Positions 1-7,636 of a stretch of 36,059 nt of DNA are shown piece after piece. The position numbers and the translations under genes are program-made. Each line of letters starts with the position of its first letter. Within the stretch, counting starts at the first letter, position 1. The DNA lies in IMG/VR virus record IMGVR_UViG_3300028128_000005, positions 1-36,059 of that record; one strand, 5' to 3'. Source of the DNA: a virus. Lineage: Duplodnaviria; Caudoviricetes. Below the pieces are notes generated by a model. That model was not told where the DNA came from. It saw nothing but the letters and a program-made list of their open reading frames with translations, and did not search any database.

Positions 1-1
1 A

Positions 2-142
2 GAGGAGGTAGTGGTAAAGAACTTCAAAAACGATGTACAGGAGAAGGAACATACGTTCTCGATCTACGATGCCGATATCGTTAAGATGATCAATGCGCAT
101 TTACAAGTAGCGCACTTTGGCGGTACGTTGGAATCAGTATAG
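2..142 (+). CDS. 3' end of a small hypothetical early protein (partial)
   Basis: Open frame EEVVVKNFKNDVQEKEHTFSIYDADIVKMINAHLQVAHFGGTLESV ending TAG at 140-142, just before the next promoter. Confidence 0.6.
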   Translation, partial: EEVVVKNFKNDVQEKEHTFSIYDADIVKMINAHLQVAHFGGTLESV

Positions 143-143
143 A

Positions 144-159
144 GGAACCCTTCTATAAT
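144..159 (+). promoter_or_regulatory. Early promoter GGAAC-N5-TATAAT, copy 1
   Basis: GGAAC CCTTC TATAAT, then 6 nt, then ATG 166. Confidence 0.8.
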
Positions 160-165
160 AAGAAC

Positions 166-375
166 ATGCGAAACCCACACACAATCAGAAGTATCAAAGA
201 TCTAACTGAAGAGGAACGTTCCGTTCACTTACACTACACCGTAGAGTTTCTAGAGGAAAATATTAAGGAACTATATGAAGTGCTATCGGATGATATTAGT
301 TCCGACCGAACAATTCACCGTCTGGCGTTCCTTACTGATATGAATGACCGTCTAGAGACCATGCTCGATAAATAG
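166..375 (+). CDS. Hypothetical early protein, 69 aa
   Basis: ORF tiled exactly between two motif promoters. Confidence 0.75.
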   Translation: MRNPHTIRSIKDLTEEERSVHLHYTVEFLEENIKELYEVLSDDISSDRTIHRLAFLTDMNDRLETMLDK

Positions 376-390
376 GAACCCTGATATAAT
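375..390 (+). promoter_or_regulatory. Early promoter GGAAC-N5-TATAAT, copy 2
   Basis: GGAAC CCTGA TATAAT, 6 nt, ATG 397; first G is the last base of the upstream TAG. Confidence 0.8.
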
Positions 391-396
391 AGTAGT

Positions 397-591
397 ATGA
401 CAGACACAACAAACACAACAGATGTATACGTAGCCACGACAGTCCGATTCAGCCCTCAAGGAGAGAAGCTCGAGGAGGTTCGCGACTTTGCAAACGATTG
501 GGACGGCTTCAAAGAAGCAAGCAAGTTCGTCGCAGGAGCAGACGAATACGCTATTTGGTATCAAGATAAGATAATCGATTTCTCGAAATAG
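397..591 (+). CDS. Hypothetical early protein, 64 aa
   Basis: ORF tiled between motif promoters. Confidence 0.75.
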   Translation: MTDTTNTTDVYVATTVRFSPQGEKLEEVRDFANDWDGFKEASKFVAGADEYAIWYQDKIIDFSK

Positions 592-606
592 GAACCACGA
601 TATAAT
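591..606 (+). promoter_or_regulatory. Early promoter GGAAC-N5-TATAAT, copy 3
   Basis: GGAAC CACGA TATAAT, 6 nt, ATG 613. Confidence 0.8.
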
Positions 607-612
607 ATTACT

Positions 613-831
613 ATGAAACAACACGACAACACATATAACCGAATCAATTCTCTGGTACATCTCAAACTGCAGGACGATGTATTGAATGCATTTGCAGCAA
701 TGATGAAAGATCTCTTAGACGAGGAGCCATTTGAGCCCGAAGATATAGTTAAGTACATGGCTATTCGAATGCAGGAAGCAGCCGACAAATGGATCAACCC
801 AGAGCTTCCTTCGCAACGCCACGACTGGTAA
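613..831 (+). CDS. Hypothetical early protein, 72 aa
   Basis: ORF tiled between motif promoters. Confidence 0.75.
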   Translation: MKQHDNTYNRINSLVHLKLQDDVLNAFAAMMKDLLDEEPFEPEDIVKYMAIRMQEAADKWINPELPSQRHDW

Positions 832-834
832 GTA

Positions 835-850
835 GGAACTCTGATATAAT
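835..850 (+). promoter_or_regulatory. Early promoter GGAAC-N5-TATAAT, copy 4
   Basis: GGAAC TCTGA TATAAT, 6 nt, ATG 857. Confidence 0.8.
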
Positions 851-856
851 ATTGGT

Positions 857-1081
857 ATGACAAATACAACAGAGCAGACAATCGAACAGAATCAATACGG
901 TACCTTCAGCGTTTACGAATTCGGCGAATGGCCTCAAGGGTCAGTGCTTGAAGGCCAGACCATGAAACGCTTCTTAGGCATGTACGAGACAGCTGAGCAA
1001 GCGAAGAGCGCTCACCCTGAAGCAGAAGAGGGGTACAGAGATGCACATAACCACTTCGATCACTTAAGTGACGAGTATTAG
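857..1081 (+). CDS. Hypothetical early protein, 74 aa
   Basis: ORF tiled between motif promoters. Confidence 0.75.
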   Translation: MTNTTEQTIEQNQYGTFSVYEFGEWPQGSVLEGQTMKRFLGMYETAEQAKSAHPEAEEGYRDAHNHFDHLSDEY

Positions 1082-1096
1082 GAACTTAGATATAAT
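1081..1096 (+). promoter_or_regulatory. Early promoter GGAAC-N5-TATAAT, copy 5
   Basis: GGAAC TTAGA TATAAT, then an A/C-rich leader without SD to ATG 1134. Confidence 0.8.
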
Positions 1097-1133
1097 AATA
1101 GAGTAAACAATAACCAATAACCAAACACAACAT

Positions 1134-1340
1134 ATGCAAAACCCAATCACACCAGTAGGCCTCTTCCATACACCAGAGAATATCAAAGAGCTTCAAGACA
1201 TCCTCGCAAGCTATACAGCACCAGGTGAGAGTATCGTAGCTCAGACAGCAGCCTTTATGGCATGGAATCTAGCGAGTAAGATCGTTGAAGAAGCATTAGC
1301 AGATAAGAATGCAAATCCTCTAGCTGGAACAGTGATATAA
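1134..1340 (+). CDS. Hypothetical early protein, 68 aa
   Basis: ORF downstream of motif promoter. Confidence 0.75.
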   Translation: MQNPITPVGLFHTPENIKELQDILASYTAPGESIVAQTAAFMAWNLASKIVEEALADKNANPLAGTVI

Positions 1341-1341
1341 T
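1326..1341 (+). promoter_or_regulatory. Early promoter GGAAC-N5-TATAAT, copy 6
   Basis: GGAAC AGTGA TATAAT, then an A/C-rich leader to ATG 1393. Confidence 0.8.
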
Positions 1342-1392
1342 ATAGAGGTAAGAGAGATATAACTAACAACAAAAATACAACAAATAAAAATT

Positions 1393-1704
1393 ATGAGCAT
1401 TACTACAAAAATTAACGGAGTAGAAGTAAACGAAGTACCTAACCAGACAGAAGCAAAGTCGAAGGAAGTATCGATTGGTGAGGTATGCAATGCGATTGAG
1501 ACAATTGTATATGCTAGCAAGGTAATGGGAGCGCAGGCATTTGCTAGCATCATTACTGATAAGCTTTATAGCTCGCATGAAGAGACTTATGTCAAGATGC
1601 TAGAGCTAGCAGGCGAGAGAGCTAAGAGCATTCAGCAGGATGCTTGGCAGGAAGCTAATAAGGATCGAATTGTAAGCTGCGGGCCAGAGCTAAGTCGCCG
1701 ATAG
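1393..1704 (+). CDS. Hypothetical early protein, 103 aa
   Basis: ORF downstream of motif promoter. Confidence 0.75.
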   Translation: MSITTKINGVEVNEVPNQTEAKSKEVSIGEVCNAIETIVYASKVMGAQAFASIITDKLYSSHEETYVKMLELAGERAKSIQQDAWQEANKDRIVSCGPELSRR

Positions 1705-1720
1705 AGGTTGTGTTGTTTCC

Positions 1721-1743
1721 TAGGCAAGAGTTTAAACTGCCTA
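1721..1743 (+). terminator. Hairpin at the end of the early array (terminator-like or structured RNA)
   Basis: TAGGCA-N11-TGCCTA, followed by ACATTTT. Confidence 0.4.
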
Positions 1744-1786
1744 ACATTTTAAAATAATTATAACATCGAAATAATAGTAGTATAAT

Positions 1787-1794
1787 TATAAATA
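1787..1794 (+). promoter_or_regulatory. T4-type late promoter TATAAATA
   Basis: Exact gp55 consensus, 5 nt before ATG 1800. Confidence 0.75.
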
Positions 1795-1799
1795 GTAAT

Positions 1800-2057
1800 A
1801 TGAAAACAGATCGAGATTTAATTTTCGAAGCATATATGGCTAACAGTAAAACATCTACTTCACAATCTCAAAAGAGTTCGAGTGTGAAAGATATCATACC
1901 ACTAAGTAAACAATACATGGCCGCTCATAACAATTACGAAGAAGCGCTCGCAGAGGGTGATAATAGTGCAGCATATCATTACGAGCGTGAAATGAACCGC
2001 TTGAGTAGAGAGATCGAAGATTGGGAATATGAGCATCCTGAAGAGGTTGAATGGTAA
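1800..2057 (+). CDS. Hypothetical acidic late protein, possible internal head protein
   Basis: Late promoter; N-terminus MKTDRDLIFE. Confidence 0.7.
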   Translation: MKTDRDLIFEAYMANSKTSTSQSQKSSSVKDIIPLSKQYMAAHNNYEEALAEGDNSAAYHYEREMNRLSREIEDWEYEHPEEVEW

Positions 2058-2080
2058 TCACTTTAATTGTTGTGTTGTAT

Positions 2081-2113
2081 GAGGTCTAGTTCGCAAGAGC
2101 TAGGCCTCTTTTT
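2081..2113 (+). terminator. Rho-independent terminator
   Basis: GAGGTCTAGTTC-GCAA-GAGCTAGGCCTC followed by TTTTT. Confidence 0.85.
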
Positions 2114-2300
2114 ACCTCTCCAGTAAGGGGTACTCTGAGAGGTACACCCTTGCTAGCAGAGAGCCCCCGCTCAGAGCGGTAACCGTGGGAGAATTCTATA
2201 TATAGAGCGGGGTATCCGAACCGGTGCTCACCCATGCCAATACAAAATTTTTTGATCGCGTCTCCCTTCTCTATATATACCCCGGCGACTATCTAAATCT

Positions 2301-2346
2301 CCGAGCCTTTCCGAACTAGTTCCGAATATACCGAGCCTTTCCGAAC
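2301..2346. repeat. 16-nt direct repeat CCGAGCCTTTCCGAAC
   Basis: Copies at 2301-2316 and 2331-2346. Confidence 0.85.
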
Positions 2347-2415
2347 CCCACCTTGCAGAGGTAGCAGACGTAGTATACATAGCAATACCCTGCATCTCCC
2401 AATGCTCTACCGTTC

Positions 2416-2638
2416 GGAACGTTCCATATAACACCCTCTATGGGGAAGCTTGGAACGTACCGAACCATAGGAACTTCTAATATTTGGAACATATAGAGTT
2501 AAGAATGTTCCTAGTTCCGTATTAATAGTGTTCCGAAAAGGAGGTGTTCCGTATATATGAGAGCTGCGCTTTGAGCGGGAACTCTGCGCGTTGCGCTTTG
2601 TGGGGGGAACTTAATAAAAGATGGAACTATAGTGTTCC
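2416..2638. repeat. Dense GGAAC/GTTCC array with dyad symmetry
   Basis: GGAAC at 2416, 2452, 2470, 2486, 2578, 2606, 2623; GTTCC at 2421, 2507, 2514, 2530, 2546, 2634. Confidence 0.8.
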
Positions 2639-2654
2639 GATATTAAATAGATAT

Positions 2655-2864
2655 ATGGACGAATTAAGTGCAACTAAATACGCAGCTAAATATTATACTG
2701 GAGTATTACAGGATTTAAATAAGATTGTTTGTAAAGCAGCAATTGACAGGAACATTGACCTATCTGTAGAGCAATTGGAACTAATAAAGGAAATATCTCA
2801 TAACGCAATTAAGCATGCTCGAGAGCGCGCTAACAGTGCAGGTGACTTACACGGCCGGTACTAG
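2655..2864 (+). CDS. Hypothetical protein, 69 aa (start moved from 2544)
   Basis: ATTAAATA (2642-2649), 5 nt, ATG 2655 MDELSATKY. Confidence 0.65.
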   Translation: MDELSATKYAAKYYTGVLQDLNKIVCKAAIDRNIDLSVEQLELIKEISHNAIKHARERANSAGDLHGRY

Positions 2865-2885
2865 GTCAGGAACACCTCTATATTA

Positions 2886-2901
2886 GGAACAGTGATATAA
2901 T
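2886..2901 (+). promoter_or_regulatory. Early promoter GGAAC-N5-TATAAT, copy 7
   Basis: 28 nt identical to 1326-1353; tandem degenerate copy GGAAC ACCTC TATATT at 2869-2884. Confidence 0.8.
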
Positions 2902-2912
2902 ATAGAGGTAAG

Positions 2913-3356
2913 ATGATCGTTATAAAGCTAAAATGTGATAAGAAGATACGGGAACGTTTCAAGTACTACGGTATTGATAAGCGTAAGCTTGAGAACTTTC
3001 TTATGTTCCATACTAACAATTTAGTTAAGACGAGGAAGTGGTGGGTGCATGAGATTAAAGTAAAGGGTATAGCTGGTGCTGGCTCTCAGTACTTTTGGAA
3101 CGAAGATGAGATAGAGATAGCGTTACAGTGTAGTGAGTGTTCCTCTAAGAAGCAAAGACGTATATACTTCCTTCAGAGTCTGGTGCACGAGTATAGGCAT
3201 TGGATCCAGGCTCAGTTACAGCGAGTGGCTGAGAAAAAGATTACCTACACAGAGAAGGATGTAGAGGAACGTAATGCTAACTATCTTAAGAACGTATATG
3301 AGTTAGAGTGTACGGAGTGGGAAAAGATTGTTGAGAGATTTAACGAATTTATATAA
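2913..3356 (+). CDS. Putative zinc metallopeptidase-like protein (HExxH)
   Basis: LVHEYRH motif with downstream YELE. Confidence 0.55.
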   Translation: MIVIKLKCDKKIRERFKYYGIDKRKLENFLMFHTNNLVKTRKWWVHEIKVKGIAGAGSQYFWNEDEIEIALQCSECSSKKQRRIYFLQSLVHEYRHWIQAQLQRVAEKKITYTEKDVEERNANYLKNVYELECTEWEKIVERFNEFI

Positions 3357-3364
3357 ATAATATT

Positions 3365-3643
3365 ATGAAGTCATTCAAAGAATTGTATAAAAGCCTTATC
3401 AGCGAGTATAATGAAGATTATAAAGACTCGCATGCAGATGCAGAACAAGAGTATAAAGGTTATACAATCTCTTATACGACAGAATATGAAGAAGATTATT
3501 CGCATAATTTTTATACCATCTTTACTCCTGATGGTAAGAAGATAAGTAGTGTAGACTTACAAAATATTGGTGTGAAGCTTCCTAGAGATGATAATGAAGC
3601 ATTTGATGTGATTGCAGGTTTAATAGATACGGGGAAGATTTAA
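3365..3643 (+). CDS. Hypothetical late protein with a T4 internal-protein-like N-terminus
   Basis: TATAAATA 3352-3359, 5 nt, ATG; MKSFKELYKSLISE. Confidence 0.7.
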   Translation: MKSFKELYKSLISEYNEDYKDSHADAEQEYKGYTISYTTEYEEDYSHNFYTIFTPDGKKISSVDLQNIGVKLPRDDNEAFDVIAGLIDTGKI

Positions 3644-3644
3644 T

Positions 3645-4037
3645 ATGCATAATAAAACTGACAATGAAATGATCTATGAAAGTTTAAACCAATCAGGTAT
3701 TGCTTATGATCAGCAACAGAGTAAAGGTAACAAGTATAGACCACAAGTTGGTAAAGGTAACTATAATCAATTTTCTGGTTTAAACACTTCACTTAAAACT
3801 AACGCAGGTGCTATGCCTAGCTTCGGTGGTATTTCAGATGAAGAAATTGAAGGTGATGAGGATACGATTGAAGTTAAAGGTTACGGTGTAATGACAATTC
3901 AGCAATTGAAGCAATTAATTGAACGTAGATCGAATGAAATTTCACAATCTATTGCTGATGGTAATTTAGATGTAGGTAATAAAGCAGACATATTAAAGTT
4001 ATTTGCTGACACTTACAGTCGTAGAAATAATTATTGA
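3645..4037 (+). CDS. Hypothetical protein, 130 aa
   Basis: Abuts the upstream gene; N-terminus MHNKTDNEMIYE. Confidence 0.7.
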   Translation: MHNKTDNEMIYESLNQSGIAYDQQQSKGNKYRPQVGKGNYNQFSGLNTSLKTNAGAMPSFGGISDEEIEGDEDTIEVKGYGVMTIQQLKQLIERRSNEISQSIADGNLDVGNKADILKLFADTYSRRNNY

Positions 4038-4061
4038 CTTTCAACAGACATACGCTATAAT
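4034..4061 (+). promoter_or_regulatory. Sigma70-type promoter, leaderless
   Basis: TTGACT-16-TATAAT, 5 nt, ATG 4067. Confidence 0.75.
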
Positions 4062-4066
4062 AGTGT

Positions 4067-4522
4067 ATGGTAGACAAAATAAAAGTTACGTGGAGCGATA
4101 TAGAATTTCTTAGTAATGTAGTTTCAGAGACTATTATTAAAAGTGGTATCAAATATGATACAATTATTGCTCTAGGTAGAGGTGGTTTGATACCTGGAGC
4201 TATATTGAGTTATAAGCTTGACATAAAAAACTTACAAAACTTAGGTATTAACACACGACATGATGATGGTAAATATCTCGAAACTTTAGTATATCAAAAA
4301 CCGAATAGTATCTCGGGTAATGTATTAGTAGTAGATGATATCAATGATAGTGGTAAAACTTTTGAAGCTGTTAATTCGTTAATTAAAACTGAATACCCAG
4401 ATATAGGTGAATTACTGTACTGCAGTTTAACGACAAAACATGATACAGAATTTAACGAAAATACTATTTCTGGAGAAATAATCAATACTTCTGATTGGTT
4501 AGTGTTTCCTTGGGATAAATAA
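4067..4522 (+). CDS. Type I purine phosphoribosyltransferase (Gpt/Hpt-like)
   Basis: IALGRGGLIPG, PRPP loop VLVVDDINDSGKT, C-terminal WLVFPW. Confidence 0.85.
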   Translation: MVDKIKVTWSDIEFLSNVVSETIIKSGIKYDTIIALGRGGLIPGAILSYKLDIKNLQNLGINTRHDDGKYLETLVYQKPNSISGNVLVVDDINDSGKTFEAVNSLIKTEYPDIGELLYCSLTTKHDTEFNENTISGEIINTSDWLVFPWDK

Positions 4523-4526
4523 TTAA

Positions 4527-5663
4527 GTGAGAGCAAAACCTTTTTACTTCGAAATTAAAGATATGGTAACGCAGTTTATTGCTGCGTTTGATGATGTAGT
4601 AATAAGCAGATACAATAAAGATAGGCAAGAACAGGATAAGATAAATGTAAGATATATATACGCTCCTAAAGAGAGAGTGATGTATGATATCATTAACGAA
4701 AATAAAACAATAACACTACCAGCAATTGCAGTTAATATTACTGGTATAAATAGAGACGAAACTCGTGTGTTTAATAAGTTAGATGGGTTTTACTATCAAG
4801 GTACAGTTGGGGAAGAAAAGACTTCAACTCATATAAAATCTCCTATACCAGTTAATATATCTTTAAAGGTATCTGTTCTGAGTAGATATCAAACCGATAT
4901 GGATCAAATTATTAGTAACTTTGTACCATTTTGTAACCCGTATGTTATAGTAAGTTGGAAGGTACCTACTGATTTTGACTTAACTAACGAGCAAGAAATT
5001 AGAAGTGAAATATTATGGGATGGTAATATTTCAATGTCTTACCCAACAGAGCTAACATCATCGAAAAAAGCTAGAGTAACTGCTGATACAAATTTTACTA
5101 TAAAAGGCTGGCTATTTAAAGATACTACAGGTCCTGCTGGTAATATATTTTATATAGATCAAAATACTAATTTAGAAAATAAATTAGAAAATTATGATAA
5201 TTTTGAAGCTCTATCAGGTAATTCATATACATTCCCAACTTCAACTGGGTTAATTTCAGATACACAAAGTATATATATTTCAGGTACACCAACGATAACA
5301 GATATATTTTATAATGGTGTTCAGTTATTTGATGATATAACTCTAACTTCAGATATTACAGGTAATGTAATATTGAATGGTAATAGATTTAATGATGTTA
5401 CAAATATGTTAGTCAGTACGAATAACAGTTCATTTTATACTAACCTAACATCTATAGACGGGTTTACTCGTCAACCAGCTATATCAGGTCAGTTAGTTAA
5501 CTATACTGTTTTAAATGATAATATAATAATGGTTGAAACACCTAATATTAATTCAGGTTCTATTAGATTTATACCTTATAACATAGCTGGATATTCATTT
5601 AGTGACGCAACTTTACACTCTCAATCTTTAAGCACCAATTCTACCTTTATTATTGTAGAATAA
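4527..5663 (+). CDS. gp15: T4 gp15-like tail sheath stabilizer/terminator with C-terminal extension
   Basis: QFIAAFDDV, YAPKER, TLPAIAV, PIPVNI, DQIISNFVPFCNP; GTG start 5 nt after GATAAATA. Confidence 0.8.
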   Translation: MRAKPFYFEIKDMVTQFIAAFDDVVISRYNKDRQEQDKINVRYIYAPKERVMYDIINENKTITLPAIAVNITGINRDETRVFNKLDGFYYQGTVGEEKTSTHIKSPIPVNISLKVSVLSRYQTDMDQIISNFVPFCNPYVIVSWKVPTDFDLTNEQEIRSEILWDGNISMSYPTELTSSKKARVTADTNFTIKGWLFKDTTGPAGNIFYIDQNTNLENKLENYDNFEALSGNSYTFPTSTGLISDTQSIYISGTPTITDIFYNGVQLFDDITLTSDITGNVILNGNRFNDVTNMLVSTNNSSFYTNLTSIDGFTRQPAISGQLVNYTVLNDNIIMVETPNINSGSIRFIPYNIAGYSFSDATLHSQSLSTNSTFIIVE

Positions 5664-5679
5664 ATCATAAATAATTACA

Positions 5680-7413
5680 ATGGCAGATCAACAAAATAAC
5701 GGGCAACAATCCGGTTTCTTCAAAAACATTCTAAATAAATTACCATACCAGACGGTTGATTTTAATAAAGTTCTTAATGACTTAAATCCAAAATACCAAT
5801 CATTTGAAGATGTCGGTATGAAAAGAACTGAAGCTTTAGCTAAAAATAGTATATTTTTTAATAATGAATATAATAATACAGGTACAGGTCAGATAAGTGT
5901 TGATGGTAATTATGGTAATTTAGTATATGCTAATGTAGAAGAAAATAAAGGAGGCCGTTTACAGGATTATAGAATAATGGCATCATTTGCTGAAATTTCA
6001 GATGCATTAGATCAAATATGTGATGAATGTATTAATAAAGATGCTCAAGGTAATATTATAAAATTAATATTAAGAAATACTGAACTTCCGAGTGACATTG
6101 AGAGAAATTTAACAGATGAATTTGAAAAATATATAGAATATTTTCAATTAGAAAGAAAAGGTTTTGAATATTTTAGACAATTGTTAGTTGAAGCTGAAGT
6201 TTATTTTGAACATATTATACATAAGCAGCATACTGAAGATGGTATTCTTGGTGTTGTACATTTACCGTCAGATTTAATTGACCCTATATATGATAATATT
6301 CAAAATATGATCATTAAAGGTTACATATTACGTAAGCCTATTTTTGATCCAACTAAACCTGGTAAGATTGATAAATTTGATTTTATACCAATGGATGATA
6401 ATCAAATATCTTATATCAATTCCGGTATATGGAATCAAGATAAGACATTTAGATTACCGTATATTGAGAATGCCCGTCGTGCATATAGACAATTATCACT
6501 TGTTGAAGATTCTATTGTTATATATCGACTAGTAAGAGCACCAGAACGTCTCGTATTTAATGTTGATGTCGGTAACATGGCACCGCCAAAAGCTGAAGCA
6601 TATTTGAGAAAGTTAATCCAAGAGTATTGGAGTAAGAAGACTTTTGATAGCAGTCAGTCTGGTCAAGTTCAAAAGTTTAACCCGCAAAGTATGCTCGATT
6701 CATTCTGGTTTGCTAAAAGAGCAGGCTCTGAAGGTACATCAGTTACTCAATTACCTGGTGGAGCTAATCTTGGTGAGTTAGCAGATTTAATGTATTTTGT
6801 TAATAAACTATATAAAGCTTTAAAAGTACCAACAAATAGATTAAACCCAGATTCAACGTTTAGTGATGGTGATCAGATATTAAGAGAAGAGCTTAAATTT
6901 GCTAAGTTTATTATACGTTTACAACAACATTTTGCACAAGGTATAAAAAATGGCTTTTTAACACATCTTAAATTAAAAGATATGTTCACTAAGTACGATC
7001 TTAAAGCTCAAAATATACACTTGGAATTTAATGTACCGACTAATTTCTATGAAATGAGAGAAAGTCAGAAGTTAGAACTTAAAGCTGCTAACTTTAATTC
7101 ATTAGCTACTAATGAATATATTTCAGCTACGTACGGTCAAAAGAAATATCTTGGCTGGTCTGATGTAGAAATTAAAGCTAACAGAGAGTTCTTACGTAAA
7201 GATAAAGAGTTAGAGTGGGAATTAGCTCAAATAACTAACGGTGGACCTAATTGGAGAGATGATTTAGAGCAAGCAGCTGCACCGGGAGGTGATGTAGCTG
7301 GTGGTGGTGAAGTAGGTGGCATGCCTCCTGAATTCGGTGGAGGTGAAGCTGATGTTGGTGCTGAACCAATCGAAGAACCGATTGAAGAACCAATCGAAGA
7401 ACCTGTTGCTTAA
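5680..7413 (+). CDS. gp20: Portal vertex protein
   Basis: IYRLVRAPERLVFNVDVGNMAPPKAEAYL, LPGGANLGE, REELKFAKFI. Confidence 0.97.
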   Translation: MADQQNNGQQSGFFKNILNKLPYQTVDFNKVLNDLNPKYQSFEDVGMKRTEALAKNSIFFNNEYNNTGTGQISVDGNYGNLVYANVEENKGGRLQDYRIMASFAEISDALDQICDECINKDAQGNIIKLILRNTELPSDIERNLTDEFEKYIEYFQLERKGFEYFRQLLVEAEVYFEHIIHKQHTEDGILGVVHLPSDLIDPIYDNIQNMIIKGYILRKPIFDPTKPGKIDKFDFIPMDDNQISYINSGIWNQDKTFRLPYIENARRAYRQLSLVEDSIVIYRLVRAPERLVFNVDVGNMAPPKAEAYLRKLIQEYWSKKTFDSSQSGQVQKFNPQSMLDSFWFAKRAGSEGTSVTQLPGGANLGELADLMYFVNKLYKALKVPTNRLNPDSTFSDGDQILREELKFAKFIIRLQQHFAQGIKNGFLTHLKLKDMFTKYDLKAQNIHLEFNVPTNFYEMRESQKLELKAANFNSLATNEYISATYGQKKYLGWSDVEIKANREFLRKDKELEWELAQITNGGPNWRDDLEQAAAPGGDVAGGGEVGGMPPEFGGGEADVGAEPIEEPIEEPIEEPVA

Positions 7414-7421
7414 TTAGCTAA

Positions 7422-7583
7422 TTAATCTTTCCAGACTAATACTAAACTACCGTGATCTAATATAGTAATCAATTCACCTGATGTTGGATTCATAGTAGTA
7501 TTTAAAAAGTCTTCAAAATACTCAGTGGACATTGCTCCGGTTACTGAAGGTACGACTGTTGCGTTGTAATTAGGTGCTGACAT
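7422..7583 (-). CDS. 53-aa late protein missing from the ORF track (MSAPNYNATVVPSVTGAM...LVWKD)
   Basis: Manual translation; AATAAATA late box 5 nt upstream; fills the gp20-gp13 gap. Confidence 0.65.
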   Translation of the reverse strand: MSAPNYNATVVPSVTGAMSTEYFEDFLNTTMNPTSGELITILDHGSLVLVWKD

Positions 7584-7636
7584 ATTATTATTTATTTAAT
7601 TAATTGAATCTAACAAAGATATATTAAATATTGTTG

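Noticed and set aside
144-1341. Early intergenic repeats as CRISPR repeats or integron attC sites
   Set aside because: Only two short boxes are conserved, one is a perfect -10, no attC-like palindrome, and the spacers are whole genes
352-1578. Minus-strand ORFs 352-660, 561-881, 1320-1553, 1363-1578
   Set aside because: Shadow frames of promoter-supported plus-strand genes
2228-2654. ORF 2228-2434(-) and the N-terminal part of ORF 2544-2864
   Set aside because: They overlap the repeat island and lack promoter geometry; a better start lies at 2655
7363-7410. EPIE x3 repeat at the portal C-terminus
   Set aside because: Ordinary low-complexity acidic tail
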